A DNA stretch of 59,197 nt, filler included, from Sphacelaria rigidula (Eukaryota): NCBI GenBank assembly GCA_964200075.2. It is 5 parts of 5 records of this genome, joined end to end, with 100 filler letters (N's around TTAATTAATTAA, not from the genome) between each part and the next. Parts side by side here need not be neighbours in the genome. Positions count along the whole stretch, not along the records: positions 23,723 to 35,481 come from CAXNAA020004542.1; positions 35,582 to 47,340 come from CAXNAA020004543.1; 3 more parts are not named here. One strand, written 5' to 3'. This document shows, in pieces, positions 23,851-35,659 of the stretch; position 1 is the stretch's first letter; each line of letters starts with the position of its first letter. The notes under the pieces are model-generated. The model saw only the letters and a program-made list of their open reading frames with translations. It ran no database searches and was not told the origin of the DNA. The position numbers and the translations under genes are program-made.

Positions 23851-24879
23851 TATCGTAAACACAGCCTCCCGATACCAACCCGGCACAGTAGACAGCGTTG
23901 GGCACACAGGCAGTGCACGTCGGCGCCCGCTAGTCATTCACAAGTGCTGCACATGTCGGTGTCTGGTAAAGCACTATTGAGTTGAGACAGTTGAGGGTTG
24001 TACTACTACTGTTGTACTGTTGCACTGTCTGTAGACAGTTTTGTATACTTTCGGTAGGAAGTGTTCTGTACTGTACTGTACCACTCAGACTGTCTGTAGT
24101 ACTGTACTACTGTTGTCTGTAGTACAAGTGTGCACATTCCTATGTGTGTCCGTTTACATACTTTAAGAAATTGCAGTAGTTCTCGATAAAGGTTCACCAC
24201 ACGCGGTAATCCTAGCTGCGTGAAGGCGAGAGGGGGAACAGAGAGACACCTATCAACCTGGCTAAAGATGACGTGGAAGGGTTGAAGTGGGCCACCCATG
24301 CAGCTGCTACGGGGATCTCGACAAAATGGCCACCCAACGGTGGTGTAACTGCGCGAGCTAACGCAAGCTTCACGTTGGGTTACCATTTCGTCAAGTCCTC
24401 ATAGCAACTGCTTGAGCGGCCGACTCCCGCCCTTTCGCATCATCATAAGCCACTTCGACTGGTGTCTCGGCTCTCCCGTTCGCCTCCAAGTGTTCCTCGT
24501 AGTTTGGGGTCACCCTTGTGAACGAGCTGCTATCACCAGTGCTGTCGCAGGCGTTCACGACATCCGCCACCGCCTCACTTATGATATTTGTCCTACGGCT
24601 GTGTTGTTCTGTAACCTTGGTCGTTATGGGGCAGGGTGTCTAGTTCCGTTTCATAGCCCTGAGTTTGGCACCAACGCTTTGGGGTGTCTAGCAACTCAGG
24701 TTTTTTTTTGAAAAATTGAAAATTAAACCTGAGTTGCTGAGCATGTCTCTTCTCAGGGTTCAGTTTTCGGGGTTTACGTAGGGGAATTCGTCATATCCTG
24801 GCCTTAAATCCCAACTTTCTTATTAATCCCTGAGTTTTTCCTCATCCTTGAGTTCTGATTTGTGTTTCCGAAACTCTCT

Positions 24880-25122
24880 ATTGTAGCTCAGTTCAGGTCT
24901 GTGCATGCAGCGTGTTGCAAACAGCACTCGAATACAGTACAGACTGCCCAAGCACCCAAGCCCTGTAGACACTACAGCAGTAGCACTGCTTATACTGTGG
25001 TCTTGTGTCTACAGTCAGTGCGGTCCTGTCTCTAGAAGTCTTGGGTGCGTGGGCAGTCTTTACTGCATTGCGAGTACTGTTCGCAACACGCTGCATGCAG
25101 ACCTGGACTGCGAGCTACATTA
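24880..25122. mobile_element. Fold-back/MITE-like element with about 85-bp inverted arms
   Basis: caggtctgtgcatgcagcgtgttgcaaacagcactcg...cacccaag pairs with cttgggtg...cgagtactgttcgcaacacgctgcatgcagacctg. Confidence 0.75.
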
Positions 25123-25499
25123 CTGTCTGACTGCATACAGAGTGTTTGTACAGCACTCGTCATCGACCCTGCCCTGAGCTGTTCTCATGGGGTAAAGGGC
25201 CACCATGATACTGGCGAAGCGAAGGACAGTGAAGCAACACGCTGACTGCCCGCGAGCACAAACGGCAGCAGTGGTGATGGCAGCCAAGCCACCATGGCTG
25301 CTGTCGCGGGCTGGAGGATGTGTTGGCGTGCGGCGGGATTTCAAACGCGTTTTCAATAACATTTTTTGATAGCCCAAAGCTATAAGAAAATCCTGATTTT
25401 CTGATGAATTTGGGCGATCAGAAAATGTTATCAGAAAATGTTCGATGAAAAAACGCGTTTTCTGATCACATGAGAAGTGGGTGTTTGATCATGAGAAGT

Positions 25500-25884
25500 A
25501 GCCGACGGGTCTCCGTCAGCGTCACGTACACGGTAACATCACGCGTTACACGACATGTCACAGCGCCTCAAACACCGGTAAATGAGCCGCGACATGCACA
25601 GAATGAAACGTTACATTCGAACGTTACACGTGTCAGCGCAACGTTATATTAGACGTTACACGTGACATTGAAACGTTTCATGTTACGTTACATGTAACGA
25701 AACGTATCGTTAATTTCATTTTACGTGATGAACGTAACGTTAACGTGACGTTAAATTTTCAAATGAAACGTAAACGTTACGTTAAAATTTATTTCACGTG
25801 GCATACGTGACGTAACGTGAGCGTCAAAATGTCTTCACGTGATGAACGTAACGTGAACGTGAACGTGTGACGTGTAGACCCCTG
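25500..25884. mobile_element. ACGT-motif-rich DNA transposon end (hAT-like terminus, CAGGGGTCTAC on the minus strand)
   Basis: Dense acgt/aacgt/cacgtg motifs end abruptly at gtagacccctg. Confidence 0.45.
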
Positions 25885-26454
25885 GCTTTTTCCCACCCGG
25901 CGACCAATCATTGATCAATGTGCTGCTTCTGGACGCTTGTTTCGTTTTCCGCTCCTTTTTCATGCCTACATACAGAGGTACACGCAGTACGCGTTGTCCG
26001 TACTCCAACTTGTCCTCTCAAGTAAAACGTATGTAACCAGTATAGTGAACTGTCACCGCCTGTACTTATGACAGGTGGAGTACCGCTTTACATACATCCA
26101 CAGCACACATTTTTGAAAACGACTGACCTCCAGCACAACGTTCCACGAATTTCGAATATTTCAACTGGAATCTTTGCAAACGTTCACATGCTCTGCATGC
26201 AGAAAGCGCAGACGTTACGCTTTGTCTGTACAGCACGTTCTTCCCACCCAAAAACACACATTCAGTCCATCACTGGACGATACATCACATGCCAGGTGTA
26301 TGTACACTGTAATACTGTATTATTGTAGTGTGACGAATCTGGCCGAGTCCAATTGAGGTCCCATCAGTATACTGTCTGCACTGATTACAAGTGATCAAAA
26401 TAAACGCTTAGCACATTCCACACCTCTTGTGCGTTCAAAACACAAGGAAGAGTA

Positions 26455-27094
26455 TACGACTGATCTATTGTGGCGATGTACATATCCATAATTATGTGCT
26501 TTACGCGCCGAGGAGGGAGAGCCATAAAGGCTGAGGTATCGGCGGTGAGCACCCCCACCAGCTCCGTCCAAGCAGTGCCAGATGAGAAGAAATTGAACTG
26601 CAAACACTTCTCGACGACCATCTTGACAGCAATGAGCTCGCGAACTCTGAAAAAAAGCACTGTAACAGCGCATGAGAGGTGATTGACTGTGGGGCAATAT
26701 CCTTCATTTGAATTTTGATCCTCGCCCTCCACCACCACGAGAGAGCGTGCATGTATTCGAGAAGCAGTTCATTCAACAGTAGTAGTACTGCAGCAGTTTA
26801 GACCGCATAAAACGCCTTGCTACATCTGGCTCATACCAACTCGTTTGTTTTGACCTATCAGTCCCGACAGCCGGGTTCTTGCTCGCCTCTAAGCTTCGCT
26901 TTATGATCGTTGCCTTCACCCTCTGCGTCTCCGCTTCAACAGCGCTCTGAAGACCGCGGAGTGTGTGCACCATTTACGTCGATGACCTGCGTCTTGCTAC
27001 TTGTTCCCCCTAGTGGCGCAGATAAACCACCCCCGCTCGAGCCACCACTCGAGTCTGGGGGTGATCCATCCTGATGGTCTGCAGTGCTTCTCAT
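26455..27094 (-). pseudogene. Internally deleted, intron-containing hAT transposase remnant
   Basis: Exons 27094..26855 and 26646..~26455, joined by a phase-2 GT-AG intron (26854..26647). IAVKMVVEKCLQFNFFSSGTAWTELVGVL...LPPRRVKHIIMDMY fits the hAT/Hermes N-terminal DNA-binding pattern (I..D..PF..VE...F..L......LP.R......I...Y). Confidence 0.6.
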
Positions 27095-27269
27095 GTTTCG
27101 TATTTCCGCTCTGCAGTATCTCGAAACCCTCCAAATTTGAAACTACAAAACTTTCAAACCTTTGAATTTTTGGTTGGTGTGCAGAGATGAATGAAGGAGT
27201 AAGGTGGGTACATCTTCGGGCCATCGGGTTTTGTTTCGATTGAACCTATATCCATACCTCCAAAAGGTA

Positions 27270-27870
27270 TATACCTGTGCTCGTACCTGAAATCGGGTAT
27301 GTCTACAACGATATACCCCAACCCCGGGTAGGGGTATGGGAGCCTTACAGAACTTACAGAAATATCGGTTACCGATGTGAAAGTCTTACAGAGTTTACAG
27401 AACTGCTGGGTACCGGTATGAAAGTCTTACAGATGTTACAGAACTTGTCGGGTACGATATGGGAGGCTCACAGAAAACCAGTACCGGCAATTGGGTAACT
27501 CTTTTAGGCTATACCCGCCCCTCGGGTACGGGTAAAGGTTTTGTACAGAACTCACAGAACTGTCGGGTAAGGGTTTAGAAGGTTTACAGAACTCAGAAAT
27601 CTGTCGGTTAGGGTATGGAGGTTGCACAGAAAATCGTACCCGCAACCGGGTATCACATCCGGAGCATACGCGTCCCCCCCGGTAACGGTACGGGAGGCTT
27701 ACAGAACTCACAGAACTATCGGGTACGGGTACAACGATCTTACAGAGTTTACAGAACTGTCGGGTACCGGTATGGAAACCTTACAGAAGTCACAGAACGG
27801 TCGGGTACGGTACATACCCGGAAAAATACCCCGGGTATACAGAAAACCGTACCTTACAGAACACGACCTT
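27270..27870. repeat. Degenerate minisatellite-like repeat (cttacagaactcacagaactgtcgggtac unit), probably transposon-derived
   Basis: Many imperfect acagaac/cgggtac units. Confidence 0.8.
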
Positions 27871-28115
27871 CGTTTATTCCGCTCCCACCTTCGATTTTGT
27901 TCATTTACGTAACAACGTGCACGATTGTCCCTTACACGTTTTATGCAGTTTCCGCGCACGTTGTGTCATCCTGCACTCGGTGCTGTACGCGTCCATGTCC
28001 ATGTTCACGCATGCCCAGTTTTGCTTGTTACAATGTATCTTTTGATTCTCCTTTTACCTCCTTTACGTGTGCCGATATTGAAATCCATGTCTACCTTTTG
28101 CTTTCTCTGCTGCAG

Positions 28116-28210
28116 CTATGGCTCGTCATCCTCGAACGAAACCAGGGACGATACGGGGGGTGAATTGATGGATACTTACATGCGCACGACGACGTACACT
28201 ACCCGGGAAG
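28116..28210 (+). CDS. Gene B (large hypothetical protein), internal exon
   Basis: ctgctgcag|c ... gaag|gtacga, phase 2/1; joins the next exon as YMRTTTYTTREG-ERYRMAL. Confidence 0.6.
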
Positions 28211-28993
28211 GTACGAAGTATTTTATTCTCTGACCCGTAGTCGCCCCAACGTGGTGGACAACTCGAACGCTTCTCACGTACAGGACTGTACAAAGTATTT
28301 CATGTCAAAAGCCTGTCCTGTTCTTTGAATTCATTCGCCACAAATGTATGCATCATCGGACAAACATACCGTCATACGCAGGGCACTTATCCATTCGGAC
28401 TGAAGTTGATGATATTCGTGTTCACCTGCGGGTATTTTATCACTATACCTTCGACAATAGCGGCTTGATGTAGAGGGAATAGCAGTAGCAGACCAAACAG
28501 GACACTGGTGCTTTATGATGGGAGAGTACTGTACCATTTGAGTTTTTAAGGTGGGTATTCCTCTTGTCCCTGAAACCACAGAATGCAGAATCAGTTGCCA
28601 ATCGCAGAATGTTTTCCGCTCACTTGGGCCAAAACTTTGTATACGTATACCCTGTATTACCACCTGTGCTTATCAGCGCGTCTTTTTTTTTCATTGACGG
28701 AAGGAGGAAACCCAACCCAACACTTTCCTCGCAAAGCGAGTTCGTGTCCCGATTACCCGAAGGCCCGGCTACTCTGCCTCGCGGCAGTCATATGGGAAGG
28801 GCGCCTCGAGCGTTCGCAAGCTTTGCTCAAGGGACTGTGGGGGATGCTCCCACTAAGGCCATCTGTCAACTTGGCGCAGTGCGTGCGTCGCCGTACTCTT
28901 AGGAGCTTTGGCCCTAGTTACCAGCGCGATAAGCTGAAGGCATGTCCGGATTATTCCTGGTGTCCTCCTCGTCCCTTGGCTGTCCAAACGCAG

Positions 28994-29112
28994 GCGAACG
29001 GTACCGGATGGCCTTGGTGGGTGGGGCGCACTCGACTAGAGAGGCACAGGAGATCCGGGAGGAGATGGCTGACGCAGCGGAGAGGGCTTTCGAACGCCTG
29101 GCCAAAGCGCAG
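28994..29112 (+). CDS. Gene B, penultimate exon (helical, coiled-coil-like)
   Basis: aacgcag|gc ... cag|gtgtgt, phase 1/0; GERYRMALVGG...AFERLAKAQ continues into EEEIKRQ. Confidence 0.7.
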
Positions 29113-29429
29113 GTGTGTTGTTGGTGTGCTGCAATGCAAGGAAGTTACGCACCCACTGAGGTTGTTGACGTCGTGGCTGTTCTCTCATGCCCGGTGCTGA
29201 ATCTTAGCTTGGCATTTCTGGTTGTTAGTCTCCGTTTGTCATCTTCCCGCTTTATTTCGTCTTCTCTCCATCCATTCTGTCGTGTTTGTTGTGTATTTCC
29301 TCTCCATCTTTCTCCTTTCTCGAGTGTATTTGTGTGAGTGTTTCCGATCATTTCAGTACAAGAAGCAGTTCCGTACAAAGAATCCTCTAGACGACCCCCC
29401 CCCCTCCCCCCCCCTCCCCCTATGCTAGC

Positions 29430-30017
29430 ATATAAGCGACATGATGAAAATTAGGGAGAAACAGGCGCTAAGGCGGAAAATGGACGACGGAGAGCACCTG
29501 AAAATATACAGGAGGTTGAGAGAAGAGAGATAGGGATGAAAATATATCTGCACGAAAAATTTGAAACTGCGATTTCGGGTAGGGGGCCTGGACCTGCCAG
29601 AAATAGGCAGGAGGATACCAGAGGTCGGGTGGAGGAGGAAGTATATGTGCGGAATTGTCCCTGTGGCAAAGCAACCGAGAGTGGAACTCACAAAGTAGAG
29701 CGTTATGAACTACGCAAGAAGGAGCGGGATGTGTTAGACGGGGGAATGTGGGAACTAGACGAAGTTGACATGAAATCATTTGGTACAGCAGACAACAGCG
29801 AGAAAACGATGCTTGCACTAGGACATGGATGGTGGCCACAGACGTCGGAACAGGAAGAGGATGAGACACTTCAAATATTTTTGTCATGTATGGAAGGAAG
29901 ATAAAGAGCGCCCGAACGTTGGAGGTGTCTCTACCAGGACTAGGAAGGGTGCTTCATCTTCCAAGGGATGCGTGGTCAACGGCCAAATGACTTGGGCAAG
30001 CAATGAATGAGTACGTC
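29430..30017 (+). mobile_element. LINE 3' fragment (ORF2 C-terminus with Zn-knuckle remnant) in an intron of gene B
   Basis: HLKIY..LREEIGMKIYLH and CPCGKATESGTH remnants. The 3' end gtggtcaacggccaaatgacttgggcaagcaatgaatgagtacg matches 35582-35625. Confidence 0.65.
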
Positions 30018-30080
30018 TCGAACCCATCCCCCGTGCCCTGTCTGCCGCTTGCGCGCCCATCCTTGGTTCTCACGCACCAG

Positions 30081-33000
30081 GAGGAAGAAATCAAGCGGCA
30101 ACTATCTGCGGCGCCAAAGGGCACCAACCCCTCCCCAGCGGGCCCGGGGATTGTAACATCAGCGGCACCAGCGGCAGCTGGGGTAGAGGAGCCACCACCA
30201 GGTGTGGCGATGGCGGCAGGCACCGGAATAGCGACGCATACAGCTGATGGTGGCGGTTCTGGCGACTCGGTGGTTAGTCGGTCGATATCTCCCGTTACGG
30301 ACGGGTCCGACGGGCCGACCGCGGACTCTTTTTTGAAACGTACCGTGTTCCCCCCAGCAGCTTCAGAAGAGAAACGAAATTTGTCGCCGGCGCGCTCGCA
30401 ATCTAAGGCGACTTGTAGCGCGAAACAATTTTCAGGCGGTGGGGCGGTGTTGAGTGGAACAAGCGGGACGGATGAGAAGGGAAGACGGGAGAGTGATAAC
30501 TGTGCAAATCATCGGCCTCACCGTGCTGCTTCTCGTAGCAATGAGCACCGTGGCCACAGCAGAGGGGTACACGACTCGTGCAGACCTGGGACGTCCCCTG
30601 GCGACCCCGATTTTAGTGACCAAAGAGCGGCGCGAACGTTGTTACTCTCATCGAAGCACGTAGATGCTGCTGACTACGACAACCTCCGTGACCGTGGGGA
30701 TGATGACGTTGCGGCAGGGCTACTACGGGGAGGACTTCGACAAGCTGACGAACAAGATGATCACGCTACTGTCGGCGACGTCGGTGGCGATGATCCCGAC
30801 AACCGTCGTTACAGCAAACCACCATTAGTGTCGTCATCGAGCACGAAAAGTGAGAAAGTCGGGTGTTCAGCCAAAAGCGCGAGTAGGAAGAGTGACCGGA
30901 TCAGCCACGGGGATCGCACTTCTTCATCGCCGCCGGTGGGCGAAGAACGAAACGTGGGAGATGGCGCGGCGAGCGCGGCGGCGACGGAGGTGAGGGCTGA
31001 ATCATCCTCACCAGCTGTGAGCCGGATTTTTGGTATGCTGTCATCGCTATCGTCCGTCGGTGCGTGGGCTACTCGGCCAATTAGCGGTCGGCTGTCTCGG
31101 GCTTCGTCCACAGGAAGTGCTGGTGTTCGCGGTGCAGATGCTGGGAACAGCGGGGGTTATGGTGTTGGGAAGAGCTCCCGAGCTTATGGTGGCAGTGGTG
31201 ACGGTGGCAGCGACCAATCGAAAGGGGCGGAAGAGTCTGCATCATATTTGAGTACAGCGATTGGCAGCAAGAAGGGTATCGATGAAGCCGTTGGCGTTGG
31301 GGATGCGGCGTCGCCGAGCAAGGTACATCGTCAACATAAAACTGCCCGTCACGATTCTGACAACTTCTCGAGCCATTCCCCAAGGAAAAATATCACCGGG
31401 GAAAATCACCATCCACACCAGTCGGTTAGCTCAAGATCGATGGGAGCCGGCGGTGGCAGCGCGGAGGTCGCCGGCACTTGGGAGTCAGACCTTAAGCTTG
31501 CCCTGTCGATGGACCTGGTGAATAACGGGGACGGGGCGCGAGGGGCAAGGTCGATCACTCGGTCAGACGGTATCGCCACCGACGCGATGGATGGCGGCAG
31601 CAGCAGCACCGGATCAAACAAGCGCAAACCCGATGCATCACCCGCCTGCACCCCGGAAGGACCGAGCCCTACCCGTGGTGGCAGGGATTATACACCACAA
31701 CATTTCGGTTGCGCCGGCGTGAGCACGACCGACAAGGGCGAAAATTCCGTTAGAGAAGCCACGTCAGCTGCGGTAGCACGACGGTTACCGGTGGCAGCGG
31801 CGAGTGGTCAAGGTGACAAACCTCGAGAGGAAATAGGCAGTGCCAGCGGCGGTACCTTTCGTAAGGGCAAGGCGGCAACGACCGGGACGGGGCTGCCGTC
31901 GCCAGGGGCTTCCTGGCACACAGCACACCGACGCGCGGCCGTCGAACATGTAGAGGCGAAGGAGACTGATGACAGCTCTTTGGTTGCCGCGACCGTGCAG
32001 CCGGCTTCCACCACGTCAGACTTTGCGGCGTCCGACAGATGGCTGTCGTATCGGCGCTCAGGGTCCGGCGTCGGTGCGGGATCGCGGCGTGGACAGCCGC
32101 ACCCTAGGGGAGACGATGGTGACTGCCGCGAACCTGAAGGGAAAAAACACGGCAGAAAATTCGATGGTGATCGAACGCGGAGTGATGTTGAAAAACACAT
32201 CACGTCTGACACAGTAGATCTCCTGGCAAACCCCTGGGTCAAACCGTCCGCCATCGCCGCACCTCATGTAGTAGAATCATCGGCGTCGGTGGCAAGGGCG
32301 GAAGCCATCACTTCCGCAGCTCGAGAGACAGAAAGCAGTGCGCGATCCGAAAGTGGTACCAGACACGGCGGCGGAAAAGGCGACGCTCACTATGCTCGCC
32401 GTCGTGATCACGATGTCTACGAAGAGCGAACCTACGACCGCGTGACTGGGCGGGAGTTTGAGTCCGCCTTGGCGGATACCAAATTCGGCAGCCACAGCGG
32501 TAATGACGGTGGTGGGGGATCTTGGCGAAAACTCGGGGGAGTGGAACATGGATCTCACACGGTAGATGGGGGATACTACTCCTCAACCAGTGGGTTGAAG
32601 GTGGCGGAAGCGGTGTTGAACGACCGTCTCCTGGGTCGGCGCAAGGGAGTGGCGGGTGCGGGCTCGAGAGATTTGTCTCGAGGAAGCAGCGCGCAAAATG
32701 GAGCGGTGCATGCAGGAAGCAGGCGAATGGTTACGTCGCGGTATCCCTTCCCGCACAACACGGTTGCAGAGCGGGCTAAAAACGGAGGGAATGAGTCTGA
32801 CGAGTATCACTACAAAACGTTGGAGGAGTTGAGGCGAGAGCGTCGGCTACGCGTGCAGGGTCTCGCTGGTGATGCAAGTGGCGTGGCAAGGGGGGTAAGC
32901 ACTGCCCTAGGCCATACAAGTGGATGTAATGGTACCTCCAGTGGCACTCGGCTTGATAGCGCTTCTTTTGAAAGAGAGACGATGGATCGGTACGATGCTT

Positions 33001-34166
33001 ACCTCGACGCGGATGACGTACTTCCCGACCCAGCTCCTTCTCGGCAACGACATCATCAGCAGCAACTACCGTTACAGGAGCGCCGATTAAGGGCTGGAAC
33101 GGCGGCGCAAATTGTAAAAAGTCCACGAGAAACTTCGATAGCGACCACGGCCGCTTCCACGGGGGCGCGACCACCTTCACCACCGCGTCGGTCCCCCGAC
33201 CGAAACGCGCGGGCCGGGGAATGTCTGCTACGGTGGTCCAACCCCAAAACAGCACGTCGCGCAGAGAACATACGCGCGGGAGCTTCAGACGTTGCTGGCA
33301 CCAAGCGAGAGCCATCGCCGTACCGATCTGAACGTTCGGCTCTTGATATCTACCGCAGCCGAGACTACGGGGCGCTGGAAGCCGCCGGCCGGAGGTCATC
33401 GGGCTACCGCAGCAATAGCAGCACATCAGTCGCGGGAGGAACCGGGAGTCAGGATTACGAGGGTGCTCGCGGTAAGTATAGATATGGCGATATCGAACGA
33501 GAGGGAGGTCGCACCGACGCGTTAAAGAGGGCAGAATCAGCGACCTGGCGAGAAGACCAACAACCTGGCGGCGGCGGCGGCGTTAGCCAAAAGTACGTAG
33601 AAATGGCGCTGGGAAACTCGATCACCACCACAGCCACGAGAAGCACCTATGGTCACCATCGAGCAAGTTCCGCTGCTGCTGCGTCGAGCAACAGGGTATC
33701 TCTCTTGTCTGGTGGAACCCCACGCCGACAAGAGTGGAAATCCGGGTCTCTCAGGCGTATGTTGGGTGGAGCAGGGGTGGCGGGGAAAGCAACAGGAGAA
33801 CACCAAGAACATCATTGTTCTTCCCCTTTGCTATCTGGTCGCCTATCGTCTACTGAGTCAGCTGCGGTCCGGTCCGCATCATCCGGTAGATCTTCTTCGG
33901 TGTCCCGCTCGTCCGTATCGGCTGTGCCCGGCGCCGTTGCGCGAGGGTTTGGTGGGAATGGTGGTACTGGAGGGGCATCCACTAGGACGGGCTTGCGCGG
34001 CGCCCGCGCGTACGAACAGCAGACTCTATCTTCCCTGAGAAGGTCGGAATTGCTCCAGCACGGTGCGGAAGGCGCCGCCGCCGGCGGTGATGGCTTCTCA
34101 CGGCGACGTGCTAGTATGAGTAGTGGCGGTGGTGCGAAGAGTTCTTTCACTGGAAAGTTTTACTGA
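30081..34166 (+). CDS. Gene B, 4086-bp terminal exon encoding a Ser/Gly/Arg/Ala-rich, probably disordered region
   Basis: Uninterrupted ORF of 1361 codons after acceptor cacgcaccag|gag (phase 0); stop TGA ends at 34166. Confidence 0.85.
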   Translation, partial: EEEIKRQLSAAPKGTNPSPAGPGIVTSAAPAAAGVEEPPPGVAMAAGTGIATHTADGGGSGDSVVSRSISPVTDGSDGPTADSFLKRTVFPPAASEEKRNLSPARSQSKATCSAKQFSGGGAVLSGTSGTDEKGRRESDNCANHRPHRAASRSNEHRGHSRGVHDSCRPGTSPGDPDFSDQRAARTLLLSSKHVDAADYDNLRDRGDDDVAAGLLRGGLRQADEQDDHATVGDVGGDDPDNRRYSKPPLVSSSSTKSEKVGCSAKSASRKSDRISHGDRTSSSPPVGEERNVGDGAASAAATEVRAESSSPAVSRIFGMLSSLSSVGAWATRPISGRLSRASSTGSAGVRGADAGNSGGYGVGKSSRAYGGSGDGGSDQSKGAEESASYLSTAIGSKKGIDEAVGVGDAASPSKVHRQHKTARHDSDNFSSHSPRKNITGENHHPHQSVSSRSMGAGGGSAEVAGTWESDLKLALSMDLVNNGDGARGARSITRSDGIATDAMDGGSSSTGSNKRKPDASPACTPEGPSPTRGGRDYTPQHFGCAGVSTTDKGENSVREATSAAVARRLPVAAASGQGDKPREEIGSASGGTFRKGKAATTGTGLPSPGASWHTAHRRAAVEHVEAKETDDSSLVAATVQPASTTSDFAASDRWLSYRRSGSGVGAGSRRGQPHPRGDDGDCREPEGKKHGRKFDGDRTRSDVEKHITSDTVDLLANPWVKPSAIAAPHVVESSASVARAEAITSAARETESSARSESGTRHGGGKGDAHYARRRDHDVYEERTYDRVTGREFESALADTKFGSHSGNDGGGGSWRKLGGVEHGSHTVDGGYYSSTSGLKVAEAVLNDRLLGRRKGVAGAGSRDLSRGSSAQNGAVHAGSRRMVTSRYPFPHNTVAERAKNGGNESDEYHYKTLEELRRERRLRVQGLAGDASGVARGVSTALGHTSGCNGTSSGTRLDSASFERETMDRYDAYLDADDVLPDPAPSRQRHHQQQLPLQERRLRAGTAAQIVKSPRETSIATTAASTGARPPSPPRRSPDRNARAGECLLRWSNPKTARRAENIRAGASDVAGTKREPSPYRSERSALDIYRSRDYGALEAAGRRSSGYRSNSSTSVAGGTGSQDYEGARGKYRYGDIEREGGRTDALKRAESATWREDQQPGGGGGVSQKYVEMALGNSITTTATRSTYGHHRASSAAAASSNRVSLLSGGTPRRQEWKSGSLRRMLGGAGVAGKATGEHQEHHCSSPLLSGRLSSTESAAVRSASSGRSSSVSRSSVSAVPGAVARGFGGNGGTGGASTRTGLRGARAYEQQTLSSLRRSELLQHGAEGAAAGGDGFSRRRASMSSGGGAKSSFTGKFY

Positions 34167-34467
34167 TATACTATTGGTATGGTTTGCTTCCAGTATGTCG
34201 TTTTCACACAGGGGCGATATCTGTTCAAAGGGGCGACGTCGAGTCTTTGTGAAAGCGCTGGTTTGCTTCCGTCGGAGGTGGTGTATTTAATAGTTGATCT
34301 CACATGGTTGTATGCGTATGAACTAGCACATCTACAGCGGAACGTTGCGTACGGTCATGGTCCCACGTTAGGGCCAGAACGCCTCCGCTCCGGAAGACCC
34401 TGGCCCTATATCGGGACTCGGCCTTGTATCTGTTTGAGCCCGCTCCAGGGCCAATCGGCTTTACTAT

Positions 34468-34740
34468 TGATTGATTTGATTGATTGTCGCACTTGAACTC
34501 ACCCCCCAGGGGTCCAGCCGTGGTCTCATGATAGACGCACCCTAGAAAAACCAAACTGAAACACGCTCTGAAGAAAGAAGGAACAGGGGAAAAAAGAAGA
34601 GTCGAAGAGAACGACATAACAGACCAAGTCGTAACAAAAAAAAGTTATGAAAAGGTGAACACAAGCAAAGCACAGAAAGAAATGGCCGACCTGAAACAAA
34701 AAAAAAAGAAGGAAAAGGAGAGAAAAGTCGAAAGTAAATG
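34468..34740 (-). mobile_element. Non-LTR retroposon 3' fragment with (AATC)n tail
   Basis: Closely similar to 42937..43256 and 55190..55375; on the minus strand it ends ...gagttcaagtgcgaca(atca)n. Confidence 0.8.
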
Positions 34741-35481
34741 AAATTCCAATATTTCAAATTGGTTTTTGTCTCAGGCTATTCCAGATTCGGCATTAGATTT
34801 CTGTGACAGGAAACACTCTCGTTTTTTTCGGAATACTTTTGAAAAACAAGGAGAACTTGAAAAAAAACAAGCAGAACGTTTAAAAAAACTGCTCAAAACA
34901 CGACCCCATTATATGGAGTACAGTGTACTATACTGAACACAAGGCAATTCTGCGGTGGTATATGAAGTACAGAGTACTACACTGAACACAAGACAACACA
35001 GCGGTTCTGCACTAGTTCTGTAGTGGCGGTTTTCTTGTGTTCAGTGGCGTGCACGCTCATGGATAGTGCAGTCTGTACAAAGCTGGACGTTGCTGAAGTC
35101 CTCTTCACGTCGCATTTTAAGCAGGGAGAACTCATAGTCCTGGGCTGTCTGCACTGGATGTTGCCCGCTTCTCCTTCATATCATCCTGAACGAAACACGC
35201 ACACACGCACTCAAGACACCCTGCTCGCAAGCGATGCAGACAGTACAGACTGTGTGTACTGTACACGAGTGACCATGTGCCGTGTCACGAATTTCACTGT
35301 ATTTTCTTGATCGAAAGCTTGAACATCCATCTGGACCCAACTGCATCAAAACGAGATTTTTTTCGCTCAGATCGATTCTATCGCTCTGTTTGACAGCAAA
35401 TCGAGCCGTAGCTGCTCATCAACTGTGCACGTTGTGCGTGACCTTGCTCACATCTGTTCAGAATTCATTGAGAAATGATGA

Positions 35482-35581
35482 NNNNNNNNNNNNNNNNNNN
35501 NNNNNNNNNNNNNNNNNNNNNNNNNTTAATTAATTAANNNNNNNNNNNNNNNNNNNNNNNNNNNNNNNNNNNNNNNNNNNN
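35482..35581. other. Artificial contig spacer
   Basis: N block with TTAATTAATTAA. Confidence 0.98.
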
Positions 35582-35659
35582 GTGGTCAATGGTCGAACGA
35601 CTAAGGCAAGCAACAAATGAGTACGCCCCCCCCCCCCTCGTAGTATCACTCATCATTTG

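Noticed and set aside
30003..30080. ATG at 30003 as the start of a single-exon 1387-aa gene
   Set aside because: The ATG sits in the 3' tail of a LINE fragment; a good acceptor at 30080 and phase-matched upstream exons explain the ORF better.
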